DNA of 64,000 nt, taken from NCBI GenBank assembly GCA_963801935.1, contig CAWDHA010000014.1:6608-70607 (forward strand), given 5' to 3'. The DNA comes from an uncultured delta proteobacterium (lineage in GTDB: Bacteria; Desulfobacterota; Binatia; UBA9968). Below, one piece after another: positions 52,901 through 62,116 of this stretch. The notes beneath the pieces are model-generated. The model was not told the DNA's origin and searched no databases. It saw nothing but the letters and a program-made list of their open reading frames with translations. Position 1 is the stretch's first letter; the number at the start of each line of letters is the position of its first letter. Made by a program: the position numbers and the translations under genes.

Positions 52901-53497
52901 ATGGCTAAATTGATCGACCCTCTGGACCATCATGATTGGAGCTCGCAAGAGTATGTCTCGCGATGGGCGGAGCGGCAAGATACCAGGGAAGCCGATCGGC
53001 AAGAGGTATTTCGTTTGATCGCGCAGACGATCCCTCACAAGCGCGACGCAGCGATTCGCATTCTGGACGTCGGCGCAGGATACGGCGCCCTGACGCACTT
53101 CCTTCTCGGCCACTTTTCTAACGCCACCGCGGTATGCCACGACGGCTCCGACGAGATGGCGGCGCTCGGCCGCACGCGCATGAGCGCACTGCAGCAACGA
53201 ATTCAATATGTACTTGCTGATTTAAGCGAGCCCGGCTGGAGCAAAAAAATCGCCGGCCCTTTCGAGGCAGTTGTATCTTCGATAGCGATCCACAATGTGC
53301 GTTCGCACGACATCATTCGATCAATTTATGGCGAGATTTTTTCGCTCGTGGGTCAGGACGGTTGCTTTCTCAACTTCGATCGCATGACGCCGTCACTGAA
53401 ACAGCAGCTCGAATGGTTGCGCCAAGCCGGGTTCGAGAACGTCGAGAGCTTGTGGGAGAGCGATAAACGCGCGCTGCTCGGCGGTTTCAAAAAATAG
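52901..53497 (+). CDS. Class I SAM-dependent methyltransferase
   Basis: ILDVGAGYGALT motif I; 198 aa. Confidence 0.75.
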   Translation: MAKLIDPLDHHDWSSQEYVSRWAERQDTREADRQEVFRLIAQTIPHKRDAAIRILDVGAGYGALTHFLLGHFSNATAVCHDGSDEMAALGRTRMSALQQRIQYVLADLSEPGWSKKIAGPFEAVVSSIAIHNVRSHDIIRSIYGEIFSLVGQDGCFLNFDRMTPSLKQQLEWLRQAGFENVESLWESDKRALLGGFKK

Positions 53498-53584
53498 TAA
53501 AGAAAAACGTAACCTCGTGGACAATTCGGCGAGCAGCCTGCGGTGAAAGTCCGGCACCGAACCGAACGATCAAGGAGAAAAAGA

Positions 53585-54673
53585 ATGAAAGCCCAGCCGC
53601 AATCCGTTTCATTCAGAGAAGCGTTCCACGAGCGCATGCATGCAAATAATATGTATGGTCTCTGGGAGCTGGCGAGCCAGATGACGCCCGAGCCGCGGCC
53701 AAAAATGGTGCCGCACATGTGGCCATGGTCCGTCACCGAGCCGATTATCGCGGATTCGGCGGAGGCGGTGCCCGTCGGTGACGAGCGTCGCGCTCTGCAA
53801 CTCTTCAACCCCGGTTTAGGCGGCCGGTGGGCGACCACCAACAATCTGATCGCCGCCGTGCAAATTCTTTTGCCGGGCGAAGTGGCGCGGGCGCACCGTC
53901 ACACACCGACGGCAATTCGCTTCATTATAGAAGGAAGCGGCGCCTACACCGCGGTCGACGGCGAGCGCGTTTATATGGAGCCCGGTGATTTGATCTTGAC
54001 GCCAAGCTGGGCATGGCACGATCACGGCAACGAGACCAAAGAGCGGGTTGTCTGGATGGACGGGCTCGATATCCCGTTGATTGCTTCACTGGAGGCGATG
54101 TTCTTCCAGTTTTATAAAAACGAGCAGGTGGCCGCGAGCCGGCCGGCTAACACATCACAATCGATGTATGGGCAAGCGCAATTAAATCCGACCTGGGTCA
54201 AGGAAAAATCCAAATCGTCGCCGCTTCTGCTCTACTCATGGAAGCAGACGTGGGCAGCCCTCGATGCGCTGCGCACCCATGAAGGCAGCCCGGTCGACGG
54301 CGTCGCATTGGAATACCGCCATCCGCAGACGGGCGGGTCGGTATTGCCGACGATGTCCTGTTGGATCCAGTTGCTGCGGCCCGGCGAGCACACCCAGGCG
54401 CACCGCCATACAGGCAGCGCGGTTTACCACGTAGTGAGCGGGTCGGGTATGACGATCATCGATGGCCAGCGCTTTGACTGGAGCAAAGGCGACATCATTG
54501 CGTTACCGCCCTGGGCATTGCATGAGCATGCGAACAGTTCGGCGAATGACGATGCCGTGCTATTTTCCATCCAGGATGCTCCCGTGCTAAACGCGCTCGG
54601 ACTGTTTTACGAGGAAACGCACCACGAAAACGGCGGCCGTCAGACAGTCACGTCGAAGTTCGTCCCGAAGTGA
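53585..54673 (+). CDS. Gentisate 1,2-dioxygenase-like bicupin
   Basis: ...MYGLWE...ERRALQLFNPGL...LLPGEVARAHRHTPTAIRFIIEGSGAYTAVDGE...WHDHGNET...VWMDGLDIPL, with a second cupin carrying HRH. The ATG at 53585 has AAGGAG upstream. Confidence 0.8.
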   Translation: MKAQPQSVSFREAFHERMHANNMYGLWELASQMTPEPRPKMVPHMWPWSVTEPIIADSAEAVPVGDERRALQLFNPGLGGRWATTNNLIAAVQILLPGEVARAHRHTPTAIRFIIEGSGAYTAVDGERVYMEPGDLILTPSWAWHDHGNETKERVVWMDGLDIPLIASLEAMFFQFYKNEQVAASRPANTSQSMYGQAQLNPTWVKEKSKSSPLLLYSWKQTWAALDALRTHEGSPVDGVALEYRHPQTGGSVLPTMSCWIQLLRPGEHTQAHRHTGSAVYHVVSGSGMTIIDGQRFDWSKGDIIALPPWALHEHANSSANDDAVLFSIQDAPVLNALGLFYEETHHENGGRQTVTSKFVPK

Positions 54674-54873
54674 TCGTAGATGGTTTCGAGTTTCAGGTTT
54701 CGCGTTTCGGGTTTGATGAAGACTGCTCCGCGCCTTGCGGTGAAATTGCGATTCGCATTCCCGTACCGAACGCCATCGAGCGTGCGGGGGCGGGGCCATC
54801 GACATGCACCATGACCTCGCATTCGATCGAGTAACCACTTCATCACGGTTCAATCACTAGAGCAGACCGGCAT

Positions 54874-55914
54874 TTATTTCTCTTCGTATTCTTTCAACGC
54901 ATCCCAGCGCGGCTCCAATCCTAATCCCGGCGTTTCCGGCAATTTTACCCAACCCTGCTCGGGCGCTGGCGGTTCTTTATAGATCGCATCGCCGACACCC
55001 CACATCTCAAAGTGAAACTCCACCCGCCAGCCGTTGGCCATGCCCGCCTGCAGGTGCATGTTGTGATGCGGCCAGCCGCCGCCGTTGGCGATCGGTAAAT
55101 TGAAGGCCTGGGCGAGCGCCGCAACTTTCACCGCCTCGGTATAGCCGCCGACTGAGCAAACGTTGGGCTGCGCGATATCAATGGCGTGGTTTGCGATCAA
55201 TTCGCGATGGCGAAAACGATGGCCCTCATTCTGTCCGGCGGCGAGCGGAATGCTCGTATGGCGCCGCAAGTCGGCGAGTAATGCCGCGTCGTTCTGATAC
55301 ACCGGTTCTTCAAACCAGGTGATGCAGTAAGGTTCGACGAGCTTGCACAGCTCCACCGCGCGGTTCAGCGAAAATAGATAATTGGCATCGATCATCAACT
55401 CGACGTCATCTCCGACCGCCTCGCGCACCGCACGCACTCGCGCCGCGTCCACCTTTGGATCGTCCGGATCCACCGCTACGACCATTTTGAGGCGCTTTTC
55501 TCCCTGCTTCACCAGTTGTTTCGCCACTTCCACCAGTTGTTCTCTGGAGTACTGCTTTAAACCGAAAGTGACGTAGCCCTGGACGGGATTCTGCGCGCCG
55601 CCAAGCAGGCGCCAGACAGGCTCTTTATAGTGCTTGCCCTTGATATCCCATAGCGCGATGTCTATGGCGCTTACCGCCGAGCTCCACATGCCGGTCTGTG
55701 AGCGCGGGTTGAATTGCTTCAATAATAGCTGCCAGACACGCTCGGTTTCGAGCGGATTTCGGTCTTTCAGAAATGGCCCAACTTCGCGGTTGATGAACTC
55801 CTTCATGCCAAAGCGCGACGGACCGCGGGTGAGGCCGTAGCCAGTGATACCCTGATCTGTCTCGACGGCCGTGAACAGTACGGCTGTGACGATCTTGTCT
55901 TTCAGGAGTGGCAC
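54874..55914 (-). CDS. Enolase-superfamily enzyme (mandelate racemase / muconate lactonizing family)
   Basis: ...TDQGITGYG..., IDANY, WFEEP and AAGQNE metal-ligand contexts are present. The N-terminus probably extends to 55962 (see findings). Confidence 0.8.
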   Translation of the reverse strand: MPLLKDKIVTAVLFTAVETDQGITGYGLTRGPSRFGMKEFINREVGPFLKDRNPLETERVWQLLLKQFNPRSQTGMWSSAVSAIDIALWDIKGKHYKEPVWRLLGGAQNPVQGYVTFGLKQYSREQLVEVAKQLVKQGEKRLKMVVAVDPDDPKVDAARVRAVREAVGDDVELMIDANYLFSLNRAVELCKLVEPYCITWFEEPVYQNDAALLADLRRHTSIPLAAGQNEGHRFRHRELIANHAIDIAQPNVCSVGGYTEAVKVAALAQAFNLPIANGGGWPHHNMHLQAGMANGWRVEFHFEMWGVGDAIYKEPPAPEQGWVKLPETPGLGLEPRWDALKEYEEK

Positions 55915-56447
55915 ATCGATTGGGACGCGATGGAGCGTGGCTTTGACTTCAGTAATCTTCAGTTTTCACCTCCGACTTTCACGATGCCAGATAGTTCGGA
56001 TCTCATCGCCAAGTCAATCTCTGAGCCGCCGGTCGCGGCGTTATCTATCCCAATCATGGGCAACCCTTAGCGCAGTTCTTTGGCGCAAGTCAACAAAACC
56101 TTGACAGCAGTATGTCCAATAAGAGCAACAGAACTGAACGCGTTCGCGGCTGACCGGAATTTCCTTCGCCTGGAGTGTAGTGCCGGCCCGACAGTTTGAT
56201 CAAACTCGAATGCAAAATTTGCGCGATGTATGGCGGCGAGCAACAGAATCGCGTGGAAGGTCGTTGATTTCATCGCTTCCAGCGCCCCGGGTTTCATACT
56301 GCTCATTAATGAGCTCGCAGGATCTTCAACTCATCGCTTGTTTTTAAGATGGCATTTGTCTTGCGTGGGAAATTGCGCGATTCTGCCTCTGCCTTGCGAC
56401 AGCCGACCAAAATTTGACGGTTCATAGAGTCTATTAAGGAGGTTTCT

Positions 56448-56972
56448 ATGGCAATTTGGAACCAACCGGTACATGAGGAGCCAAAAGAAAACGGGCGCGT
56501 AGAAGCGGCGCCGGCAATACCCCAGCCGCACATAGTTGCGGCCCCTGCGCCGGCGCCGTCGGCGCCTAAGGAAAGCGTGGCGAAAGATCGTCGTGAGTCG
56601 ATATTTGGTCCCGGCGTTAGCATCGAAGGCAAGATCGAAGGCGACGCCGACCTGCGCATGGCCGGAAAATTTAAAGGCGATATTCAAATCAAGGGCGATT
56701 TGAGTATCGAAAAAGGCGCGCATCTCACCGCCAAGATCAATGCCGCAAATGTTATCATCGGAGGCGAACTCGAAGGCAATGTCATTGCCAGTTCACAGAT
56801 CAGGTTGCTGGACTCCGCCCAGGTAATCGGTGATCTCAAGGCGACGACACTGACCGTCGCCGCCGGCTCGCGCATGCGCGGCCATGTCGAGTTCGGCTGG
56901 AGCGCTTCTGAGGCGGCGAAGTTTGTCAACGGCCGCGCCCAAGAGAACGAAAAGAACAAGGCTGTTGGATAA
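56448..56972 (+). CDS. Bactofilin (polymer-forming cytoskeletal protein)
   Basis: A Pro/Ala-rich N-terminal region is followed by a beta-helical repeat core: GPGVSIEGKIEGDADLRMAGKFKGDIQIKGDLSIEKGAHLTAKINAANVIIGGELEGNV... Confidence 0.8.
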   Translation: MAIWNQPVHEEPKENGRVEAAPAIPQPHIVAAPAPAPSAPKESVAKDRRESIFGPGVSIEGKIEGDADLRMAGKFKGDIQIKGDLSIEKGAHLTAKINAANVIIGGELEGNVIASSQIRLLDSAQVIGDLKATTLTVAAGSRMRGHVEFGWSASEAAKFVNGRAQENEKNKAVG

Positions 56973-57120
56973 GTCCGCGGTGCGCGCCAGTAGATGAACG
57001 CTCATTCCGCATAAACGACAGGCGGCGGTGGGTGTTAACTGCCCCCTATCAGCTTAAAATTCAATCGCGCGTCGCCCAAAGTTGCCGAGGCGCTGAACGG
57101 TTGTCGTTGTTATTTGCCTT

Positions 57121-58125
57121 TTATCTTTCCGGACGTTCGCTCGCCATATTCAGTTTAAGCAGCCGTTTCGCGTTCTCGCCGAGGATTTTATCTTTCTCGC
57201 GTTTTGGGATCGGCATCGCCTCGATGCTCGGCACTGCTCCCGGCAGATCGCCGATGATCAGCGGGAAGTCGCTTCCCAGCACCATTCTTTCCGCGCCGTA
57301 AAATTCATAAGCCATGGCCAAAGCCGGCTGATAGAACGATACGGTGTCGCAATAGAGCTCGCGCAGATACTCGGAGGTGGGTTTTTTGGTTTTGATGCCG
57401 CAGGTCGGGTCATGATAGCCGCGGTCGATTCTACCGGCTAGAAACGGAATGCCGGCGCCGAGAGGGGACACGACGAAATGCAGTTCGGGAAATCTTTCGA
57501 GCACGCCGGAGTAGGCGAGGCGCGTGGCGGACAGCACGATATCGAACTCGAAGCCGAGGATTATTGCCAGCCGCCATTCCTGCATGACCTGAGCGCCCAA
57601 CGGCGTGGTCGGATGGATAAAAATCGGCACGCCGAGTTCTTGGGCGCGCTCATAGACGGGCAGAAGGAAATCCGAGTCCAAGGTTTTTCCCGCAACGTTG
57701 GTGAGCATGCACAGGCCTTTCAAGCCGAGGTCTAAGATCGCGCGATCGAGTTCTTTTAATGCCAGCTTGGTGTCGATCAGCGGCAGCATGGCGACGCCCT
57801 GGAAGTGCTGCGGATATTTGCCAACCGCCTGAGCGATGCCGTCATTGATGATGCGGCTCATGTCGGCGCTTTCTTCCGGTGAAAATCGATCGACACCGGG
57901 ATGCGGCGAGGACAGGATCTGCATATCGACGCGGTGTGCTTTGATGCGATCGACCCGGACGTCAACATCGAAGAAGTCCGGTGTTATCGGTCCGGCCTTG
58001 GCGCCCATGCTGAGAATAAACTTCTCGCCCTTGGCATTGGGCTCGATTCTCACGTCGCCCTTGGAAGCCTCGAGTTTTTTCAAATAGTCCTCGGGGTAAA
58101 TGTGCGCGTGAAAATCGATGTTCAT
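57121..58125 (-). CDS. Amidohydrolase-2 family protein (ACMSD/decarboxylase-hydratase type)
   Basis: MNIDFHAHIYP (HxH) and the layout of a 334-aa TIM-barrel metal hydrolase. The ORF-track start at 58176 lies inside a repeat and was rejected. Confidence 0.75.
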   Translation of the reverse strand: MNIDFHAHIYPEDYLKKLEASKGDVRIEPNAKGEKFILSMGAKAGPITPDFFDVDVRVDRIKAHRVDMQILSSPHPGVDRFSPEESADMSRIINDGIAQAVGKYPQHFQGVAMLPLIDTKLALKELDRAILDLGLKGLCMLTNVAGKTLDSDFLLPVYERAQELGVPIFIHPTTPLGAQVMQEWRLAIILGFEFDIVLSATRLAYSGVLERFPELHFVVSPLGAGIPFLAGRIDRGYHDPTCGIKTKKPTSEYLRELYCDTVSFYQPALAMAYEFYGAERMVLGSDFPLIIGDLPGAVPSIEAMPIPKREKDKILGENAKRLLKLNMASERPER

Positions 58126-58140
58126 CTTAACTCCTAAAAT

Positions 58141-58343
58141 ACCGTTCAAAACGTTCAAGCCGTTCAAAACGTTCAAATCGTTTTAGTCTCCTGAGTTCAA
58201 GGCGCTACATTCTTCACATCAGCTTCACTACTGTCATTTCGCGCGCATTTAGAAACTGCTTTGTGGCTCTTGCATCCTATGGGTTTAAATTTTCTTTTTT
58301 GCACGGCTTGAACCTTTTGAACGACTTGAACGACTTGAACCGT
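58141..58343. repeat. Tandem-nonamer hairpin element
   Basis: The left arm is ACCGTTCAAAACGTTCAAGCCGTTCAAAACGTTCAAATCG (58141-58180). The right arm is CGGCTTGAACCTTTTGAACGACTTGAACGACTTGAACCG (58304-58343). The unique centre is about 120 bp. Confidence 0.8.
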
Positions 58344-58355
58344 GGCATTGCCGCG

Positions 58356-59198
58356 TTAGAGTCCTAATATCCGCTCGGCATTGCCATGAAATATTTTTTC
58401 CAGCAGCTCATCGGAATAACCGAGATCGTGCCATTCTTGGAAGATGCGCTCATAGGGAATGCTTGGATAATCGCTGCCGAACATGATCTTGTCTTTGAGC
58501 CGGCCTTTGATGTCGCGCTTCAAGGCGTCGGGAAAGTATTTCGGTGCCCAGCCCGACAGCTCCCAGGAGACGTTGCCTTTGTGCAGCGCCACGGCGATCA
58601 TCTCTTCGTTCCACGGCCAGCCCGGATGCGCTGCGACGATGCTCAAATTTGGAAAATCGGCGGCGAGTTGATCGATGGCCGCCGGATGCGCGTGCCGGAT
58701 CACGGCGCCCAAGCCGCCGGGCATGCCGGCGCCCATGCCGGTGGTGCCGACATCGATCATCACCGGGACTTTCATTTCATTGATGGTTTCCCAGAGCGGG
58801 TAAAGTTTCCGATCGTCCACCGAGAAATGGCCCATGATCGGATGAAAATGAAATCCGAGCATGCCTAGCTCCACGATCGCTTTCTTCACCTCTTCGATGG
58901 CGGCGGCGCCTTTCAACGGATCCACCGCCGCCCATGCCTGTAGAATCACGCCGCGGTTACGATCGCGCATCGCGGCAACGTATTCATTGCTGCAAGGCGG
59001 CGAGCCGGTGACGCTTTCGATATCGAAAGCGACCAGCACCGCCTCGACGGCAAATTTTTTGAACTCTTGAATCACTTCCGGTTCGCTCTTAGCTGCCCAA
59101 GCACGATTCCAATACTTCGCGAGCGCCTCGATATACGGCCCCTGGGATTTTATCCATGGGTCGGTGTTGGGATAACAGTGCAAGTCGATAATTCTCAT
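58356..59198 (-). CDS. Amidohydrolase-2 family protein
   Basis: MRIIDLHCYPNT...HFHPIMG...AAHPGWPW...FGSDYP. The ATG at 59198 is preferred over 59294. Confidence 0.7.
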   Translation of the reverse strand: MRIIDLHCYPNTDPWIKSQGPYIEALAKYWNRAWAAKSEPEVIQEFKKFAVEAVLVAFDIESVTGSPPCSNEYVAAMRDRNRGVILQAWAAVDPLKGAAAIEEVKKAIVELGMLGFHFHPIMGHFSVDDRKLYPLWETINEMKVPVMIDVGTTGMGAGMPGGLGAVIRHAHPAAIDQLAADFPNLSIVAAHPGWPWNEEMIAVALHKGNVSWELSGWAPKYFPDALKRDIKGRLKDKIMFGSDYPSIPYERIFQEWHDLGYSDELLEKIFHGNAERILGL

Positions 59199-59242
59199 GA
59201 GTCTCAGGTTTTTATCCGATGCTGAGCGCCCTGCCGATTCCT

Positions 59243-60121
59243 TCAAACCGTGCCTTGAAGTCTCTTCTTGAAGAGCTCGAGGGTTTTCGCCCACGCTTCT
59301 TTGGCAGCTTCCGGGTGATGACGCTCGGGGTTGCCTTGGTTATAAAAACCGTGCTGCGCGCCGGGATAAATCTTATAGTCGTACGGCTTGCTAAATTTTT
59401 TCATCGCCTCTTCGGTGGCAGGTATGTCCTGGTTGACGCCCGGATCTTTCTCGCCGTAGTGCGCCATGACCGGCGCCTCGATCTGTTGCACCAATTCGAT
59501 AGGTTTCGGGCTGCGTCCGTAAAAAACCACCGCCGCCTTGAGCCCGCGCACCCGGGTTGCCGCGCAGAAAGTCATCTCACCGCCCCAGCAAAATCCGATG
59601 ACGCCGCGCCGGTCGCCCCGGACATCAGATAGAGTTTGAAGATAGGCAAAACCCGCGCCGGTATCTTCGGCGACCTCTTGCCATGGAGCGAGTTCGCGGA
59701 TACCGGACAACCCTTGACCTTGCGGATTGACCTTAGGCGTGCCGCCGCGACGGGAAAGATAGTCGGGAGTGAGCGTCACATAGCCTTCCTTCGCCAAACG
59801 CCGCGCTACCTCGCGAATATTATTGTTCAAGCCCTGATTGGCGTGAATTAAAACAAGAGCGGGATACTTGCCTGCTGCCGAAGGACGAGCAAGATAGCCG
59901 TACACCGGGCCGGTCTTACCGGCATATTCGATGTTGTGCCAGAGAATCGCCGGATCTCCCGGATCGACCTGCGCGGTCGCGCTATCTTGCAGAAGTCCGG
60001 CGAGCAAGGCATTTGCCCCGGCAACGCTTCCCGTCAACATTGCCAGACGCCGCATAAAACTCCGGCGCGTTATTTTACCGTCCTGGTAGTCTCGGATCAG
60101 CTCTCTTATCTCTTCAGGCAT
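59243..60121 (-). CDS. Dienelactone hydrolase family protein with a Tat signal
   Basis: Twin-arginine motif TRRSFMRRLAMLTG...ATAQ and the nucleophile elbow GFCWGG. Confidence 0.8.
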   Translation of the reverse strand: MPEEIRELIRDYQDGKITRRSFMRRLAMLTGSVAGANALLAGLLQDSATAQVDPGDPAILWHNIEYAGKTGPVYGYLARPSAAGKYPALVLIHANQGLNNNIREVARRLAKEGYVTLTPDYLSRRGGTPKVNPQGQGLSGIRELAPWQEVAEDTGAGFAYLQTLSDVRGDRRGVIGFCWGGEMTFCAATRVRGLKAAVVFYGRSPKPIELVQQIEAPVMAHYGEKDPGVNQDIPATEEAMKKFSKPYDYKIYPGAQHGFYNQGNPERHHPEAAKEAWAKTLELFKKRLQGTV

Positions 60122-60207
60122 GGCATTGACCTCCCTAAAAATTTTTAGAAGTCGTCATTTCGGCGCCGCGGAAGAATGACCCGATCTTGCAGCGGGAATC
60201 CAAAAGA

Positions 60208-60233
60208 GGACGGGTTTAAAACCCGCCCCTACG
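60208..60233 (-). terminator. Shared hairpin downstream of the aryl-AMP ligase gene
   Basis: The minus strand reads GTAGGGGCGGGTTTTAAACCCGTCCTCTTTTGG. Confidence 0.6.
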
Positions 60234-60317
60234 AAATTTTGCTTCAGCCACAGGCTGATCCGCCTTTGGCGGATTCGGGAGCATGACGAGGAACACCCTC
60301 GAATTCTTTTGGAACTT

Positions 60318-61967
60318 TCAGATTTCACCTTCTTCTTTCAGCTTCAGCGTGATTTTTTCGGTCAGATCTTTTTTTGAAACTTTGCCGAAGGGCGAAAGCG
60401 GAAAGTTGTCGACGATCTCCAGGCGCTCCGGCAATTTATGCTTGGCGATTTCTTCGCTCATGAGAAAACCGACGAGTTGTTCCAGAGACAGGGAGGCGCC
60501 CGCGCGCGGGATTACGTAGGCGCACATGCGCTCGCCGAGAATCGGGTCGGGCATCGGCACGCAGGCAACGTTCTGGACGGCGGGATGCGTGAGAATGAGA
60601 TTTTCAATTTCTTCGGCGCTGATCTTTTCGCCGCCGCGGTTGATGAGATCCTTCTTTCGCCCTTCAACCATGTAGTTGCCGGAAGGATGCCGGCGCATGA
60701 GATCACCCGTGCGGTAAAAGCCGTCGGCAGTAAACGCCGTCGCATTATACTCAGGCACGCCAAAGTATCCCCTTAAGGTGTAGGGCCCGCGGGCAAGCAA
60801 CTCACCGGCTTCGCCCGCAGCCACTTCGTTATCGTCATCGTCCACAAGCCGCACTTCGTCGTCGGGACTGATCGGCCTGCCGACGGTTTCCATTTTCACT
60901 TCCTCGGGATCGTCGGCGCGAATGAACATCAACATGCCTTCGGCCATGCCGAAATTCTCCTGGACGAACACATTTGGTATCAGCTCTTTTGTGCGGCGGC
61001 GCACTTCCGGTTGCAGCCTCTGGCCGCCGCTCTGAACAACCTTGAGAGACGAGAGGTCGTACTTTGTGATCGCCGGCTCATTGATCAGACGAATCAGCAG
61101 CGCCGGGACCACGGGCAGATGGCTAACCCGATGGCGCTCGATCAGTGCGAAGATATCCTCGCTGCGCGTTGAATTTCCCAGCACAACCTTGGCGCCGTGC
61201 AAGACGTAGCCTTGCAGCCCCGGACAAGCGAGCGGCAGATTATGCGCCAGCGGTAGCACGTTTAACAGGACACTATCCGGACCGACCCCGGTCACAGCCG
61301 CAGCGATTTTGGAATTGTATAAATAATCGTTGTGCGAGCGCGGGATGAGCTTGGGAATTCCGGTGGTGCCGCCGGATAGCTGGAAGACCGCCGGGTCCTC
61401 GGGATCGATGGAGATAGTCTGCAATTCATCCGCTGGGACATCGTTTGGCTGCGCAATAAGCTCGCTCAAAGACAAGTAACCTTGGGGCGCATCGCCCAAG
61501 ACTATTCCATAACGCACTGTCTTACTTTCAGTCCGAATGCGCCGGACGAGTTCTCGGTAATCGAAGTCTTTAGTCTGGTCGAGAGTTGCGCAAGCGATCG
61601 CGCCCGAGAGTTCGACAAATTGACGCATCTCGCGAAAGCGGTGTGTCGGCAGCGCCAGGATCGGAATGCAGCCGATCTTCTGCAGCGCGAAATAGAGGTA
61701 AGCGAACTCAACGACGTTAGGAAGCTGCACGACCACCCGATCGAGCGGACTGAGCCCGATGTCCAGTAGATTCAGCGCGAGGCGCGTCGAGCGTTGATCA
61801 AGTTGCTCATAGGTGACGAACCGGTCACGATCGACGATAGCAACCCGATTGGGAAACTGCGCGAAGCTTTCGTTAACCGCGCGGGCGACAGAACGGTCCT
61901 GCCAATATCCCTTGGCGCGATAGCGCGCGGCGAACTCAGGGGGAAATCGGACAACACCGTCTAACAC
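60318..61967 (-). CDS. Aryl-acid adenylating enzyme (2,3-dihydroxybenzoate-AMP ligase DhbE/EntE family)
   Basis: N-terminus ...FPPEFAARYRAKGYWQD...VVVQLPNVVEFAYLYFALQKIGCIPILALPTHR... and the AMP-binding core SGGTTGIPKLIPRSH. Confidence 0.8.
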   Translation of the reverse strand: MLDGVVRFPPEFAARYRAKGYWQDRSVARAVNESFAQFPNRVAIVDRDRFVTYEQLDQRSTRLALNLLDIGLSPLDRVVVQLPNVVEFAYLYFALQKIGCIPILALPTHRFREMRQFVELSGAIACATLDQTKDFDYRELVRRIRTESKTVRYGIVLGDAPQGYLSLSELIAQPNDVPADELQTISIDPEDPAVFQLSGGTTGIPKLIPRSHNDYLYNSKIAAAVTGVGPDSVLLNVLPLAHNLPLACPGLQGYVLHGAKVVLGNSTRSEDIFALIERHRVSHLPVVPALLIRLINEPAITKYDLSSLKVVQSGGQRLQPEVRRRTKELIPNVFVQENFGMAEGMLMFIRADDPEEVKMETVGRPISPDDEVRLVDDDDNEVAAGEAGELLARGPYTLRGYFGVPEYNATAFTADGFYRTGDLMRRHPSGNYMVEGRKKDLINRGGEKISAEEIENLILTHPAVQNVACVPMPDPILGERMCAYVIPRAGASLSLEQLVGFLMSEEIAKHKLPERLEIVDNFPLSPFGKVSKKDLTEKITLKLKEEGEI

Positions 61968-61991
61968 TCTTTACTCCTCGCTGCGCTCGTC

Positions 61992-62108
61992 GCGTTCCAA
62001 ACGTTCCAATCGTTCAAAACGTTCAAGCCGCCGGAAAATACTTTGAACGGCTCAAGCATGTCACGTGAAAACGATTGGACGGCTTTAACGACTTGAACGC
62101 TTTGAACA
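61992..62108. repeat. Tandem-nonamer hairpin element
   Basis: GCGTTCCAAACGTTCCAATCGTTCAAAACGTTCAAGCCG...CTTTGAACGGCTCAAGC...GGCTTTAACGACTTGAACGCTTTGAAC. Confidence 0.75.
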
Positions 62109-62116
62109 AAGTACTT

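Noticed and set aside
56067-56306. 79-aa minus-strand ORF in the gap upstream of the bactofilin gene.
   Set aside because: It has no ribosome-binding site and no motif, and its composition is atypical. The region more likely holds the divergent promoters for the bactofilin and enolase-superfamily genes.
58126-58176. N-terminal extension MNVLNGLNVLNGILGVK of the amidohydrolase (ORF-track start at 58176).
   Set aside because: These codons are simply the GTTCAA nonamer repeat read in frame. The family-typical MNIDFHAH start, with TTAGGAG upstream, is at 58125.
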